Of a stretch of 64,000 bases of DNA, positions 1-10,800 are shown piece after piece (position 1 is the stretch's first letter; every line of letters starts with the position of its first letter). Below the pieces are notes generated by a model. The model did no database searches. It saw nothing but the letters and a program-made list of their open reading frames with translations, and was not told the DNA's origin. The stretch is taken from IMG/VR virus record IMGVR_UViG_3300028920_000073, one strand, 5' to 3'. Origin of the DNA: a virus. Made by a program: the position numbers and the translations under genes.

Positions 1-2
1 AT

Positions 3-2024
3 GCTTTAAGTGATACATATACGTTACTTTATCACGAAGCGGCAAAATTAAATATTCCGATGGATGAAATTAATACTCTTTTACCTATAATGCAAAAGAG
101 ATTAAAGTTAGTTACATCAGAAGGATTATTAAATGAAAAAGCATACAGAAGAGTTGGTACGGAAATTTTAAGGTTTTCAAAATATCTTGGAGTGGATGCT
201 ACAGAAGCTGTAGAAACATATAGAACATTCACAAAAAGATTAATGATGACAGAAAAAGAAGCTTCTGATGTTATGTCTAGTTTTAGTACTGATACCAGAG
301 TATTTACTACAATTCTTGGTGGAGCAAGAATGGAGTCAGATGCCGTTGCAAAAACATTTTTAGAGATACAACAAAACACAAGATACTGGACACAAGATGT
401 AAAATTGTTAAGTAATAGTTTAAACAGATATGTAGCTCTGCAAATATCCCAAGGAATAAGTATGGATAAATCCCTGGAAACTTTTAAATCCTTCAATGAC
501 TTACTTGAAAAACCTCCATCATTAACTGCTTGGGAAGTAGGTAATGATTTAATAAAAGAGTTAAGATCTACAGGTATAGATTGGACTAAAGATTTAAAAG
601 GTCAAGCAAATGCTTATGAAACACTAGAAAAACAATTTGGATTAACAAAAGGTGAAGCAAACGAATTAGCATTGTCGATGAAATTGATAAAAGAACCTGT
701 TACATTAGCAGAAGAAGTTACTGCAAAATTAGGAAAAACTACAAAAGGTCAAACAGCACTGTTCAAAAACTATTCAGAGAAGATAAGTCAATATGGTGCA
801 GCAGTAGGACTTGATTATATGAATGTAGATCCCGGTAAAATGGGTGCCATGCTTAAACTTATGAAAGATATAAAAGATGCAGAAGGAATGGAAAATTTTG
901 GAAGTGAGGAAGGTCTTGATAAACTACTAAGAAAGATAGCAAAAGGACAAGTAGATGCAGGAGAACTGATACTAGGAAAAGGGGAAACAATTGATGATTA
1001 CATCAATAAACAAAAAGAAATGTTCACTGGTATAAAAGGCAAAGGTAAAAAGGAAACAGATTCTATAGAAGGATTATCAACCGAAGCAAAAAAATTATTA
1101 GCATATCTTAAAAACCCAAAAAGTCAGTTTGCTCTTGGTCTTTTATCTCTAGGTGCAGCAGTGAGTTCTAACAAAGTAGCACTTTGGGCTAATACATCAG
1201 CACTAGAAGGAAGTGCTATTGGTGGAGCAGGAAGTGGATTTATAGGTGGAGCACAACAAGCAAAAAAATTAGCACCTCTTATGGCATTAGTTCCTTGGGC
1301 AACAGTAGCTGCTGGAGTATTTGCTACTATTCAAACAGGCAAACTAGTTAAAGAAATTGGAGGTTGGTGGAAAGCAAACAGTGAACAAAAAAAGGAAGCA
1401 AAGGAATCAGAAGGAAGAATAGAAGGATATCTCAGAGATCAATTTCCAGGTATGTCGGACGAAGACATTAAAGCACTAGCATCTTCAAGATCAGGATCTA
1501 GAAGAGTAATGGAAAAAAGAGCAGGAATATTTGGATCAACAAACCTTGTAGCTAGAGAAGCAACAAACGAAGAAACAAGAGCATTTGAAGCTAGTATAAT
1601 AAAAAAAGAAGTCGCAAGAATGAAAGCTGTTAGAGAATCCAAGTTTAAAGCAGGAGATTTATCAGGTAAGGATTACTTCAGTCAAGTAAGTAAAGAAGCT
1701 AGTATACTTAAAAGTATTGGATTAACATCTGATAAAGTGGAAGATTCAGTTTATAAAGCACTTATGAAAGCGGATGAGATAAAAAAGAAAAAAGCAGTAC
1801 TTACTAAACAAGCAGAAAAAGCAGAAGCAATAAAAGCAGTAGCTACAGGTGGAAACGTTGTTCAAACGTCACAAGGACAAGTAGCAATACCTGCTTATGC
1901 TAGTCAAGGAGAAAACGCAATATTAGAGAGTAAGTATGATCCTTCTACAGAGAAAGTTACTTTTGAGTTGATGCTAGATCAATATATAGCCCAAATAAAT
2001 TCAAAAAATAAAGGTAAACCATAA
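3..2024 (+). CDS. Tape-measure-like tail protein (5' truncated at window edge)
   Basis: Frame is open from position 3 through the ATG at 60; long Ala/Lys/Glu-rich helical protein with a Gly/Ala-rich hydrophobic segment (ALMALVPWATVAAGVFAT) typical of tape measure proteins. Confidence 0.6.
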   Translation, partial: ALSDTYTLLYHEAAKLNIPMDEINTLLPIMQKRLKLVTSEGLLNEKAYRRVGTEILRFSKYLGVDATEAVETYRTFTKRLMMTEKEASDVMSSFSTDTRVFTTILGGARMESDAVAKTFLEIQQNTRYWTQDVKLLSNSLNRYVALQISQGISMDKSLETFKSFNDLLEKPPSLTAWEVGNDLIKELRSTGIDWTKDLKGQANAYETLEKQFGLTKGEANELALSMKLIKEPVTLAEEVTAKLGKTTKGQTALFKNYSEKISQYGAAVGLDYMNVDPGKMGAMLKLMKDIKDAEGMENFGSEEGLDKLLRKIAKGQVDAGELILGKGETIDDYINKQKEMFTGIKGKGKKETDSIEGLSTEAKKLLAYLKNPKSQFALGLLSLGAAVSSNKVALWANTSALEGSAIGGAGSGFIGGAQQAKKLAPLMALVPWATVAAGVFATIQTGKLVKEIGGWWKANSEQKKEAKESEGRIEGYLRDQFPGMSDEDIKALASSRSGSRRVMEKRAGIFGSTNLVAREATNEETRAFEASIIKKEVARMKAVRESKFKAGDLSGKDYFSQVSKEASILKSIGLTSDKVEDSVYKALMKADEIKKKKAVLTKQAEKAEAIKAVATGGNVVQTSQGQVAIPAYASQGENAILESKYDPSTEKVTFELMLDQYIAQINSKNKGKP

Positions 2025-2034
2025 CACAACAACA
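2022..2034 (+). promoter_or_regulatory. TAACACAA leader motif
   Basis: TAACACAACAACA starting at the upstream stop codon, directly before SD AGGAG. Confidence 0.55.
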
Positions 2035-2043
2035 GGAGACAAG

Positions 2044-2280
2044 ATGACTGTAGCACTAACACAAGCGTTTCAAAGAAAAGAAGTAATAGTTAAAAAATTT
2101 GTTACGGGAGAAGTTATTATAAAATTTCCTCCAGAATTGAAAATTGAAAATATCCTTATAAATAACAACAATGATGTTGTCCTAACAAACAGAAAAAACG
2201 TTGATATTAAAGCATTAAAAAAATCTAATTTAAAAAGGCTACTTGAAATAAATATGCTTGGTCTTGTTTTTAACGATTAA
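2044..2280 (+). CDS. Hypothetical protein
   Basis: 78 aa ORF with SD AGGAG. Confidence 0.7.
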   Translation: MTVALTQAFQRKEVIVKKFVTGEVIIKFPPELKIENILINNNNDVVLTNRKNVDIKALKKSNLKRLLEINMLGLVFND

Positions 2281-2291
2281 GGAGTAACACA

Positions 2292-2690
2292 ATGACACAA
2301 CAAACAGAAAAAGGTTTTTTAGTTAGCTTGAAAGGTTTTATAACCACATATATAGTTCCTATTATATTGTTTATAATAACGATATTGGGAGTAATAGCTT
2401 TTATTACAGGCAAAGGACAAGAAGTTTTTAAATGGATAGCACAACTTAAACATAGTAATAAGAAAAAAAAGTATAAGGAAACTGTAAGAAAAGCTATGGT
2501 TAAAGTAGAAAAACGTGAAGAAAAAATAAAAGAAATTGAAGAAGCTATCACACAAAACAAAGGAGACATTAATAAACATAAAACAAAATTGAATCAACTT
2601 GAAATTGAAAAGAAACAATTTGAACAAAAAGCTGATGAAGCAAAGAAAAATGAACAAGAGTTTATGGATTTAGTAGATGATGAGTTATGA
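2292..2690 (+). CDS. Membrane-anchored coiled-coil protein (possible spanin/lysis accessory)
   Basis: One N-terminal TM helix followed by Lys/Glu coiled coil; SD AAGGAG. Confidence 0.5.
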   Translation: MTQQTEKGFLVSLKGFITTYIVPIILFIITILGVIAFITGKGQEVFKWIAQLKHSNKKKKYKETVRKAMVKVEKREEKIKEIEEAITQNKGDINKHKTKLNQLEIEKKQFEQKADEAKKNEQEFMDLVDDEL

Positions 2691-2785
2691 AAATAATCAA
2701 TTTTGAAGATTACAAAAATAAAAAGAAAGACAGAGAGGAAAAAGAAGCAATAAAAAAACATAGTTTGTTCTTTATTAAATCTTAA
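2687..2785 (+). CDS. Small hypothetical protein (32 aa)
   Basis: ATGA overlap with upstream stop; MKIINFEDYKNKKKD...; below ORF-track cutoff. Confidence 0.4.
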   Translation: MKIINFEDYKNKKKDREEKEAIKKHSLFFIKS

Positions 2786-2821
2786 ACAAGATATTCATAA
2801 GCGAAAATGTAGGTAATTATT

Positions 2822-3289
2822 ATGAGAACATTTATTTTACTCTTGCTGTTAATAGGATTTGCTTTTCCTGAAGTACAAACAAAAAAACTTTCTTTTGATG
2901 TTGGTAAAACTAAAAGCGGTACACCCAGACTTAAAATTCCAAATTTAAAAGTAGATGTATCTAAAGATTCTTTATGGACTTGTTTTGATAGGGAAACTGT
3001 AGTTGGTTTTGTTAAAAACAAACACATAGTTATTAACTACGAACAACAAATAAAAGAATTAAAAAGTATAAACGAATTATATAGATTAAACGAAACTAAT
3101 TATTTACAAATAAGAGAACTCCAAGATAAAAATTTAAAGGAGTTAAAAGATCTAAGTAAATACCAAGAAAAGAAATATGATGAACTTTATGATGATCTTA
3201 TTGATGCTGAATCAAAAAAGTATATGTGGGCTATAGGTGGTTTTAGTTTAGGTCTTATAACAGCAACAACTATATTATTATTAAAATGA
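2822..3289 (+). CDS. Signal-peptide, coiled-coil, C-terminal TM protein (possible lysis accessory)
   Basis: N-terminal hydrophobic signal, central coiled coil, C-terminal TM (WAIGGFSLGLITATTILLLK); no lipobox Cys. Confidence 0.5.
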   Translation: MRTFILLLLLIGFAFPEVQTKKLSFDVGKTKSGTPRLKIPNLKVDVSKDSLWTCFDRETVVGFVKNKHIVINYEQQIKELKSINELYRLNETNYLQIRELQDKNLKELKDLSKYQEKKYDELYDDLIDAESKKYMWAIGGFSLGLITATTILLLK

Positions 3290-5811
3290 TTAGATTTAGA
3301 AATTGCGATATACAAGGATCGTTGGCTGAAATTGTTCAGTCAACCAGAGATGAGATTGATAGATCTACTCAACATCTTCTTAATAATATAAAATCTTTAG
3401 ATATTGATGGTGCTAAAAACGATACTGAAGAAATAATAGATGCATTCAACAACATACTTGCAAATGGATCTCTTACTAATACAAACCAAGTAGCAGAAGA
3501 ATTTGGATTAGCATCTAGAAATCCTACTCAACTTGAAGAAGAAACCATTTTAGCTTCTAAGGGTGTAATAAACGTTAGAAACAAAACGATTTATATATGC
3601 GATAACACAAAAAATAATTTACAAATAATAAGAGAATTATACTATGCTGGATTAAGCATTGATCAAATAGATAAATTTATTAAAGATGGTATTCCTGGAG
3701 ATATAGGTGTTATATATACACAACCTACTTTTAAAATAATAAGTAAACCTAACACAGGAACTTTTGATATTAAATATATTAAAAGTTTATATCCAAAAAT
3801 AAAAGAAGAAAATGTAACCTTTTTTAAAGACGATAATATAGCAATTGCTTTAACAGAGCAATACATAACAATGAATGTTTCAAAAGGTAAAGCTGCAAGT
3901 ATTGCAAACATAGAACCTGATCAATTGAATATAAGAGTTATTATTTTTGCATCTCAAGAATTTGTAGATGATGGAAAACCATCAGTAAAGACAAGAGGAT
4001 TAGATTTAAACCTTTTAGATAATACACATTATAACTTAGGAATAGAAGTAAATGGAACAAATTATACTATAGATGTTACTAATAATAAGGGAACAGAATC
4101 TGGTTATCTTCTAAAAGAAATAGCATCTAATATATCTGATATTATACCAGACTTAGAATGCATGACATCAGGAAAAGAACTTTTATTTAAAACTACAAAT
4201 AGCGGAACAAGAGCAACTATTAAATTCTTTTATACTGAAAACAGTTCAGCATATGCATTAGGTATAACAAACACTATAAGAGATGCTATAAAAGGATTAA
4301 AAAATCTTAGAAGAAGAACACAATCTGGTCCTCAAGCAGATATTGAATCAGATTATATATTACCATTAGTTGAAGATACTCCATTAAACATGTTACCAGA
4401 AATAACTTTTCATGGGGGAAGTTTACCTAACAGTACAAGATTATCAAAAGAAACAGTTACAAAAATAAAAGAGTATGGTTTAAATATTGCGAACATCACA
4501 GCAATAGTTTTTAGAGAAAACTATGTTGAAGTTAAAAAACCAGAAATAGAAGCAACAATAGAGAGAGCTATAAAAGATTTTAAAAACTTTTTAAATACTC
4601 TTAATATAAACGATAGAAACATAGCAGAAAGATCTCTTTTAAACCTTTATGGGTTACTGTATTATCAAGTTTATAAAAGTGTTGAAACAAACACAATAGA
4701 TAGATTAAGAGAAGATTTAACTGATAGTGATATTGAGTACCTTTTAATAAACTTTAAATGTAAAGGTATTAACTTTAATATGAGTGATATGGAAGTTACA
4801 AATAATGTAACTGCAATTGTCAATCAATCATCTCCAGGTTCTGGTGATGTTTCAAAATCAGTTTTAGAATCATCAAACCAATATGGTTATTTTGAATTAA
4901 ACTCAGGACAATTATCAAATACTTTAAACTTATTAGAATATGAAAAAATTAAAAAAGAAGATGCTGATAAAAAAGATATTGCTCAAAAAATAATAGATAG
5001 TTTAAACGAAATAGTTATTTTTACAAAAGATGTACAAACATTAATATCTGATTCAGTAGCAATAGCAGAAAAACAAATAAATACATGGGCATCATATTTG
5101 ATAAGGTTACCAGAAAGATTGTTTGAAGCTGCCTTTGATGCTATTGCTAGTTATCTTAAGAAAAACAAAGCATTTCAATCAATAGTTGCTTTTCTAGCTA
5201 TTGTGGAACAACTATATAAAGCTGCTATTAATTTTGTAAGATCAACAGCTGAAGTAGTAGGTGCCTTTCTGAGAACAATAGAACATTTAGGTAATTTAAC
5301 ACTTAATGCAGATCTTTCTCCAGAAGCAACAGGAAAATATATAGTATGTTCTTTAGGAACCTTTTCAGCGGAACTTAATCTTGGAATACCTATTAGTAAT
5401 TTTCTAGCCAAGATAGGAGATAAAATTGAGGGCATCGTTAATACATTAAATGAAATATTTGAGTCAATTAATGAATTTATATTATTTATATTGTGTAAGA
5501 TAAACAATGTATATAGAGAAATTTTTGATAACCAAAACCAACCTTTTTGTAAATTTATAAATATACCTAAAACTTTACCTGATTCTTCTCAATTATTAAG
5601 TGAAATAGAAAATCTTTTTGGTTTATTAACAGCTATAGTAAAACAAGTTAGCAAAGAAGGTGATATTTTAAATATTACAATTCCAAAAATGAAGGATAAA
5701 TTTAAAGATATGTTTGATTCTATTAATAAGTGTGGACTTCCATCTTTTGTTGATCCTTTAAAACCTAAGACGAGATTACAAAAAACGTTAATTGACATAG
5801 AAGGAATATAA
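3286..5811 (+). CDS. Large putative virion structural protein
   Basis: 841 aa ORF in the morphogenesis region; beta-rich middle, helical C-terminus. Confidence 0.5.
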   Translation: MIRFRNCDIQGSLAEIVQSTRDEIDRSTQHLLNNIKSLDIDGAKNDTEEIIDAFNNILANGSLTNTNQVAEEFGLASRNPTQLEEETILASKGVINVRNKTIYICDNTKNNLQIIRELYYAGLSIDQIDKFIKDGIPGDIGVIYTQPTFKIISKPNTGTFDIKYIKSLYPKIKEENVTFFKDDNIAIALTEQYITMNVSKGKAASIANIEPDQLNIRVIIFASQEFVDDGKPSVKTRGLDLNLLDNTHYNLGIEVNGTNYTIDVTNNKGTESGYLLKEIASNISDIIPDLECMTSGKELLFKTTNSGTRATIKFFYTENSSAYALGITNTIRDAIKGLKNLRRRTQSGPQADIESDYILPLVEDTPLNMLPEITFHGGSLPNSTRLSKETVTKIKEYGLNIANITAIVFRENYVEVKKPEIEATIERAIKDFKNFLNTLNINDRNIAERSLLNLYGLLYYQVYKSVETNTIDRLREDLTDSDIEYLLINFKCKGINFNMSDMEVTNNVTAIVNQSSPGSGDVSKSVLESSNQYGYFELNSGQLSNTLNLLEYEKIKKEDADKKDIAQKIIDSLNEIVIFTKDVQTLISDSVAIAEKQINTWASYLIRLPERLFEAAFDAIASYLKKNKAFQSIVAFLAIVEQLYKAAINFVRSTAEVVGAFLRTIEHLGNLTLNADLSPEATGKYIVCSLGTFSAELNLGIPISNFLAKIGDKIEGIVNTLNEIFESINEFILFILCKINNVYREIFDNQNQPFCKFINIPKTLPDSSQLLSEIENLFGLLTAIVKQVSKEGDILNITIPKMKDKFKDMFDSINKCGLPSFVDPLKPKTRLQKTLIDIEGI

Positions 5812-6599
5812 TGGTTTTATATCTTGCACTATATATTGAACCTCATGTGGACAAATATAGAATAAATAAACTTCCTATATCTGATACGTTATCTACTTTA
5901 TATGTAACGATGGATGTAGGAAAATATAAAAATCTTCCATATATAATAATCAACGGAGATGAAAAAACAGTAGAGTTAATACATAAATCTTTAGATATGG
6001 AAAACTTATTTAACAGTGCAGAAGATGCATGGAAAGAATTAGATAGAACAGTTAAAGGAAACAAAATCTCATTAGATTATGATTCAAGAATAGGAGATAA
6101 TATGAAGCATAGACTATTAGCTCAAACTTCGTTTGTATTAGATAACGGAAACGTAATAGAACTTTTAAAAGATTCAGTTGTTGTAGTATCTAAAAAGTCT
6201 GATAATGTTATTATAGATAAACCTGTAGAACATATGGGTAAAAATGGAAGATTTGTTAACAAAGCAGATCTAGAAGTTATTAAAAAGAAAAAACCTATAA
6301 TGGAAAAACCAATAGTAGATCCTTCTAAGGAAGGTGAAAGTGCTTTTGAAACGCTTTTAAGAATAGCATCAGAAAGTCTAAAATCTTTACCTATGGTTCA
6401 TGTTAAAAAATCTGAAGGTAAAAAGATATGTCTTGATTGTGGAAAAGCATCTGAATGGCCAGGATCAATGGATAAGGAATGGAGAAAAAAGGCAAACAGA
6501 ATCATTCCAAACTCTGATTTAAGTTTAGATGTAACTAGTATAACTGAAGATCCAGATGAAAAGCATGTTGTTTTTGTTATACATGACGATTGGAATTAA
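5811..6599 (+). CDS. Hypothetical protein
   Basis: 262 aa, translationally coupled. Confidence 0.7.
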   Translation: MVLYLALYIEPHVDKYRINKLPISDTLSTLYVTMDVGKYKNLPYIIINGDEKTVELIHKSLDMENLFNSAEDAWKELDRTVKGNKISLDYDSRIGDNMKHRLLAQTSFVLDNGNVIELLKDSVVVVSKKSDNVIIDKPVEHMGKNGRFVNKADLEVIKKKKPIMEKPIVDPSKEGESAFETLLRIASESLKSLPMVHVKKSEGKKICLDCGKASEWPGSMDKEWRKKANRIIPNSDLSLDVTSITEDPDEKHVVFVIHDDWN

Positions 6600-6994
6600 T
6601 AAGGGAGTTTATAATGGCAATGATAAAAATAGTAATACACGAAAACACACTTAAGCCGGGTGGAAGATTTCATGGTATTCCAAGAAACAAAATATTCTTT
6701 GTTATCAAACAAGGAAGCCGTTCAAATATGACATTAGGTGGTAATAACGAAACAATAAAAGGAAAAAAATATAAAAGAGGATTAAGTTCCTTTACTATGT
6801 GGGCAGATGTTAATGGACAAATTATATCAGGAGAACAATTAGAATCTCTTGCTTCTGGTTATTCAGATCCTTCTACATATATGGCTCCTCTTATTAATGC
6901 AATGGAAAAAGAAATTGTTAAAGTATACCAAGATGACAGTGGAACAGTTACAGAGTTATCAATAGATGATGTTAGAAACTATACAAACCCTTAA
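6590..6994 (+). CDS. Hypothetical (probably structural) protein
   Basis: 134 aa; start may be the ATG after SD AAGGGAG. Confidence 0.65.
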   Translation: MELIREFIMAMIKIVIHENTLKPGGRFHGIPRNKIFFVIKQGSRSNMTLGGNNETIKGKKYKRGLSSFTMWADVNGQIISGEQLESLASGYSDPSTYMAPLINAMEKEIVKVYQDDSGTVTELSIDDVRNYTNP

Positions 6995-7004
6995 GGAGAT
7001 AAAA

Positions 7005-7472
7005 ATGAAAACTAATTATAATGGAGCATATGATACTCTTACAAAAATTTTAGCAAGTCATATTGAAGCAGATCCAAAAGATGATGACTTTGAAAGCAAG
7101 GCTGAAATAAGTGCTGAAACAAATCCTATAGTAAAACAGATACAAGTTCTTAGAGAACAAATGCAAGAAACAGCACAAGCAGAGTATGCTAAAGCTAAGA
7201 TAGAGGTTACAAAAATATTCAGAGAATTAGCTCATGCTATTACAGAAGTTATTCATTATGCATCTGAAGCTGGAGAAGATACAAACAACTTACAAAAAGT
7301 TGCTACTCAGTTAATCAAACTTAAAAACCAAGCAAACTTAGATGTATCTGGTTTATCTGGTAATAAAGAAATAGAAAAAGAAGATGATAAGGAACCTTCT
7401 GAATTCAATGAGGAAGAGGTAGACGAGTTAGAAAACACTGAAGAAGTTGAACAAAAATCCGAATTTGAATAA
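7005..7472 (+). CDS. Acidic helical hypothetical protein
   Basis: SD AAGGAG favours ATG 7005 over 6966; Glu-rich C-terminus. Confidence 0.65.
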   Translation: MKTNYNGAYDTLTKILASHIEADPKDDDFESKAEISAETNPIVKQIQVLREQMQETAQAEYAKAKIEVTKIFRELAHAITEVIHYASEAGEDTNNLQKVATQLIKLKNQANLDVSGLSGNKEIEKEDDKEPSEFNEEEVDELENTEEVEQKSEFE

Positions 7473-7476
7473 TTAA

Positions 7477-7887
7477 ATGTTTTTAATTATAAAGAAGGAA
7501 AACGAACCTCTTATTGTTATAAGAGATGATGTTTTAATAACTGGTGTTTATGATATAAAATACACGTATACAATTAATAACTATAACACTACATTTAAAT
7601 ATAATAGTACATCTAATCTTGGAGGACCTGGAAAAATAGAAGTTGGAAAGGAAGAAACTATTGAATTTGATACTACAAGTAGAAATATAAACGTCAAAGG
7701 AAAAGTTCCAAACTTAAACATAAGTACAAACGGAAGAACATTTAGTAATGCATCTGGTGTAAACATTAAAGCTTTAAATGATGATGTTTATATAAATATA
7801 GTATCAACTGCTAAAACAAAAGCAACACATACAACAAAAGGACATCCTAATTTTAATAATGGTTTTAACGAGAGTTTCAATAGATAA
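7477..7887 (+). CDS. Hypothetical beta-rich protein
   Basis: 136 aa ORF coupled to terL. Confidence 0.65.
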   Translation: MFLIIKKENEPLIVIRDDVLITGVYDIKYTYTINNYNTTFKYNSTSNLGGPGKIEVGKEETIEFDTTSRNINVKGKVPNLNISTNGRTFSNASGVNIKALNDDVYINIVSTAKTKATHTTKGHPNFNNGFNESFNR

Positions 7888-10800
7888 TGGAAGATCTTTT
7901 ATTTAAAAAAGACAGTCTAATAACAGATGTTTTTAATCCAGAGGATTATGCTGATGAAATTATCATGCATAATATTGATCCTGGATTACTAGAAGATCTT
8001 GATGAAAAAGAAATTCCACGTCCTGCAAATTTTCTTGAGTGTACTGTTGGAAAAGATTTTCTTAATACATCAATATTACCAAGACAGTTACAAATAGCTT
8101 CTTTGTTTTTTGGTGAAATATGTTTCGATTGCTCTGATAAAGAACTGGTATACAACATGTATGATCAAGAAATAGGAGAGATAATAGAACGTATTTCTTT
8201 TTTAAGATTCGGTGTTTGTCCTAAATGTAAACAAACAAGAGCAGATATAGTTAAACAAGAATTATATCATAGACCTAACAGGTTATATGTGTTAGCTGGA
8301 CAAAGATGTGTTACAGGTGATACTTTAATACAAACTAAAGATGGTATATTTGAAATAGAAAAATTTGCAGAAAATAGAAAAGAAGGGTTTTCAGATTTAA
8401 AACTAAAAGTATTTAATGGTGATAAACTAGATACTGTAGATAAATTTTTTATAGGTAATAAAGAAAAAATAAAAACAATAAAAACTAAATATGGAACAAA
8501 AATATCTGGAACATATGATCATCCTATTAAAGTATTTGATGGTTCCTACAACTTACCTTTTAAAAAAATAAAAGATATAAAAAAAGATGATTTTATATTA
8601 ATAAAGTATGGACAAAATATATGGCCAAAAAATCCACCAAATATTTCATCTTTTAAAAGTAATTGGGATAAAAACTACGAAAAAGGTGAATGTTTAAGTT
8701 TTAAATTTGGTAAAAGTAGATTACATAATGATAAAATACCAATAAAAATTACTAAACAATTATCTAGATTGCTTGGTTATTTAGTATCTGAAGGAAGTTT
8801 TGAGGAATCAAGTTTTCAATTTGCGAACCATGATAAAAAACTTTTAAAAGATTTTAGTGATATTGCTATTAAACTATTTGGATCAAATGTTGTTAATATA
8901 CATAAAAAATATATACAAATATCTTCTACAAAAGTAACAAAATTTTTAAATTATATAGGATGTTATGGTACATCCTATAAAAAGGAAGTTCCTTGGTGTA
9001 TATTACAATCTCCAAAACTAATTGTATCTGAATTTTTAAAATCTTATTTTGAAGGAGATGGAGGTTTAGAAAAAAGAGATGTATCTTGTTCATCAGTATC
9101 AGAAAAATTAATTGATCAATTAAGAATATTGTTATTTAATTTTGGTATTTTTTCAAAAAAAAGAAAAAAGCCTATGAAATATTGGGATTATAAAAAGTAT
9201 GTTTATATTTTAAATATATCTTCTCCTGAGTTTCTTAAAATGTTTAAAAAACATATTAATTTTATATCAGATAAAAAAATAAAAAAATTAAATGAAAAAA
9301 TTAAGTGGTATGATAATAAAAGAACAAATAATGCTCCTTTCATCCATGAATATTTAAAACCTTTAAACAACTTTTTCAAAGAAACAATACAACTTTACAA
9401 AAAAATATTAATTAGTAAAAAATTAACTAAAAACATAAACAATATTGAATACTTTGATAGGGTTGGATATGAAAGTGTATTCGGAAAAAAAGATGTTTTA
9501 AGGAGAATAGGAAACAATGTAGGTTATAATAATCGTAGTTTAACAAGAAAATCATTATCTGATTTTTTAGATATATTACTAAACACTGAATATTTTTCTT
9601 TTAGATGGGATAAGGAACTAACAAAAAGAATAAAGTTTTTAATGTGGGTTAATAACAATAAAGTTCTTTTTGATTCAGTTAAAGAAATAAAATATTCAAA
9701 AGCAGTAACCTATGACTTCCACATTCCAAAAACTCATCAATTTTGGAGTAACGGATGTATATCACATAACTCTGGAAAGAGTATAGAAGTATCTATTATA
9801 TCACATTATCACACTATAAGATATCTTACACTAGAAAATAATGATGGTAAAAGAATTCCCCATTATAAAATGTTTGGTATGCCACCATCTCCTATATACT
9901 GGACGTTTACAGCTTCTACATTAAAACAAGCATATGAAAACTTATGGGACCCTTTTAGAGGTTATTATGATAATGCTCCTTGGTATAAAAATTTTAATTC
10001 TCTTTTAAATGATTATGGAAGAAAAAAAGGAGAAAAGCTTTTTTCTGATCCTCAAACTTATTTAAGTTACCATCATAAAAAAGTCGGGTTAATGTGTGAG
10101 TCTCCAAACAAGACAAGACTTCGTGGTAAAACACGTTATGGAGAATCAATTGATGAATTATCATGGTACGACCTAGTTACAGACGAAGATTCAAAACTTG
10201 GATCAGCCGAAGAAATATGCAAAGCACTAAATAACAGTTTGAGAACTTTAAGAATGAAAGCTCTTAAACAATATGAAAAAGGTAATTTTGATTGTCCAAC
10301 TGCCATAGAAGTAAACATATCTTCTCCTGCTGATGTAAACGATATAATGATGCGTAGAAATAGAGAAGCAAAAAGATCAAAATCAATGATGAGCTTCAAA
10401 TATTGTCTTTCTGGAGACAGTCTTATACAAACAGAAAAAGGTTTAAAACGTATTGATGAAATTAACAGCAATATAAAAATATTAGGTGAAACAAGGAAGG
10501 TCAATTTAAGTGAATGGCATTATACAGGTAAAAAAGATCTTTTACAAATCACAAGTGAAACAGGACATTGTTTGAATTCTTCTAAAACTCATAAAATAAA
10601 AACATTTTATAAAAATAATTTTAAATGGGTTAAAGCAAAAGATTTAAAAGTAGGAGATATAATATGTATTAATCCTTTTGAATTTACAAGAAAAAGTAAA
10701 CTCAAATTAAAATTAACACCTTTTAGATTCTTTATAGAGGAATCAAAAAATCCTTGGTCAATAACAAAAGTTAATCCTCCTAATAAAATGAGTATAGAAT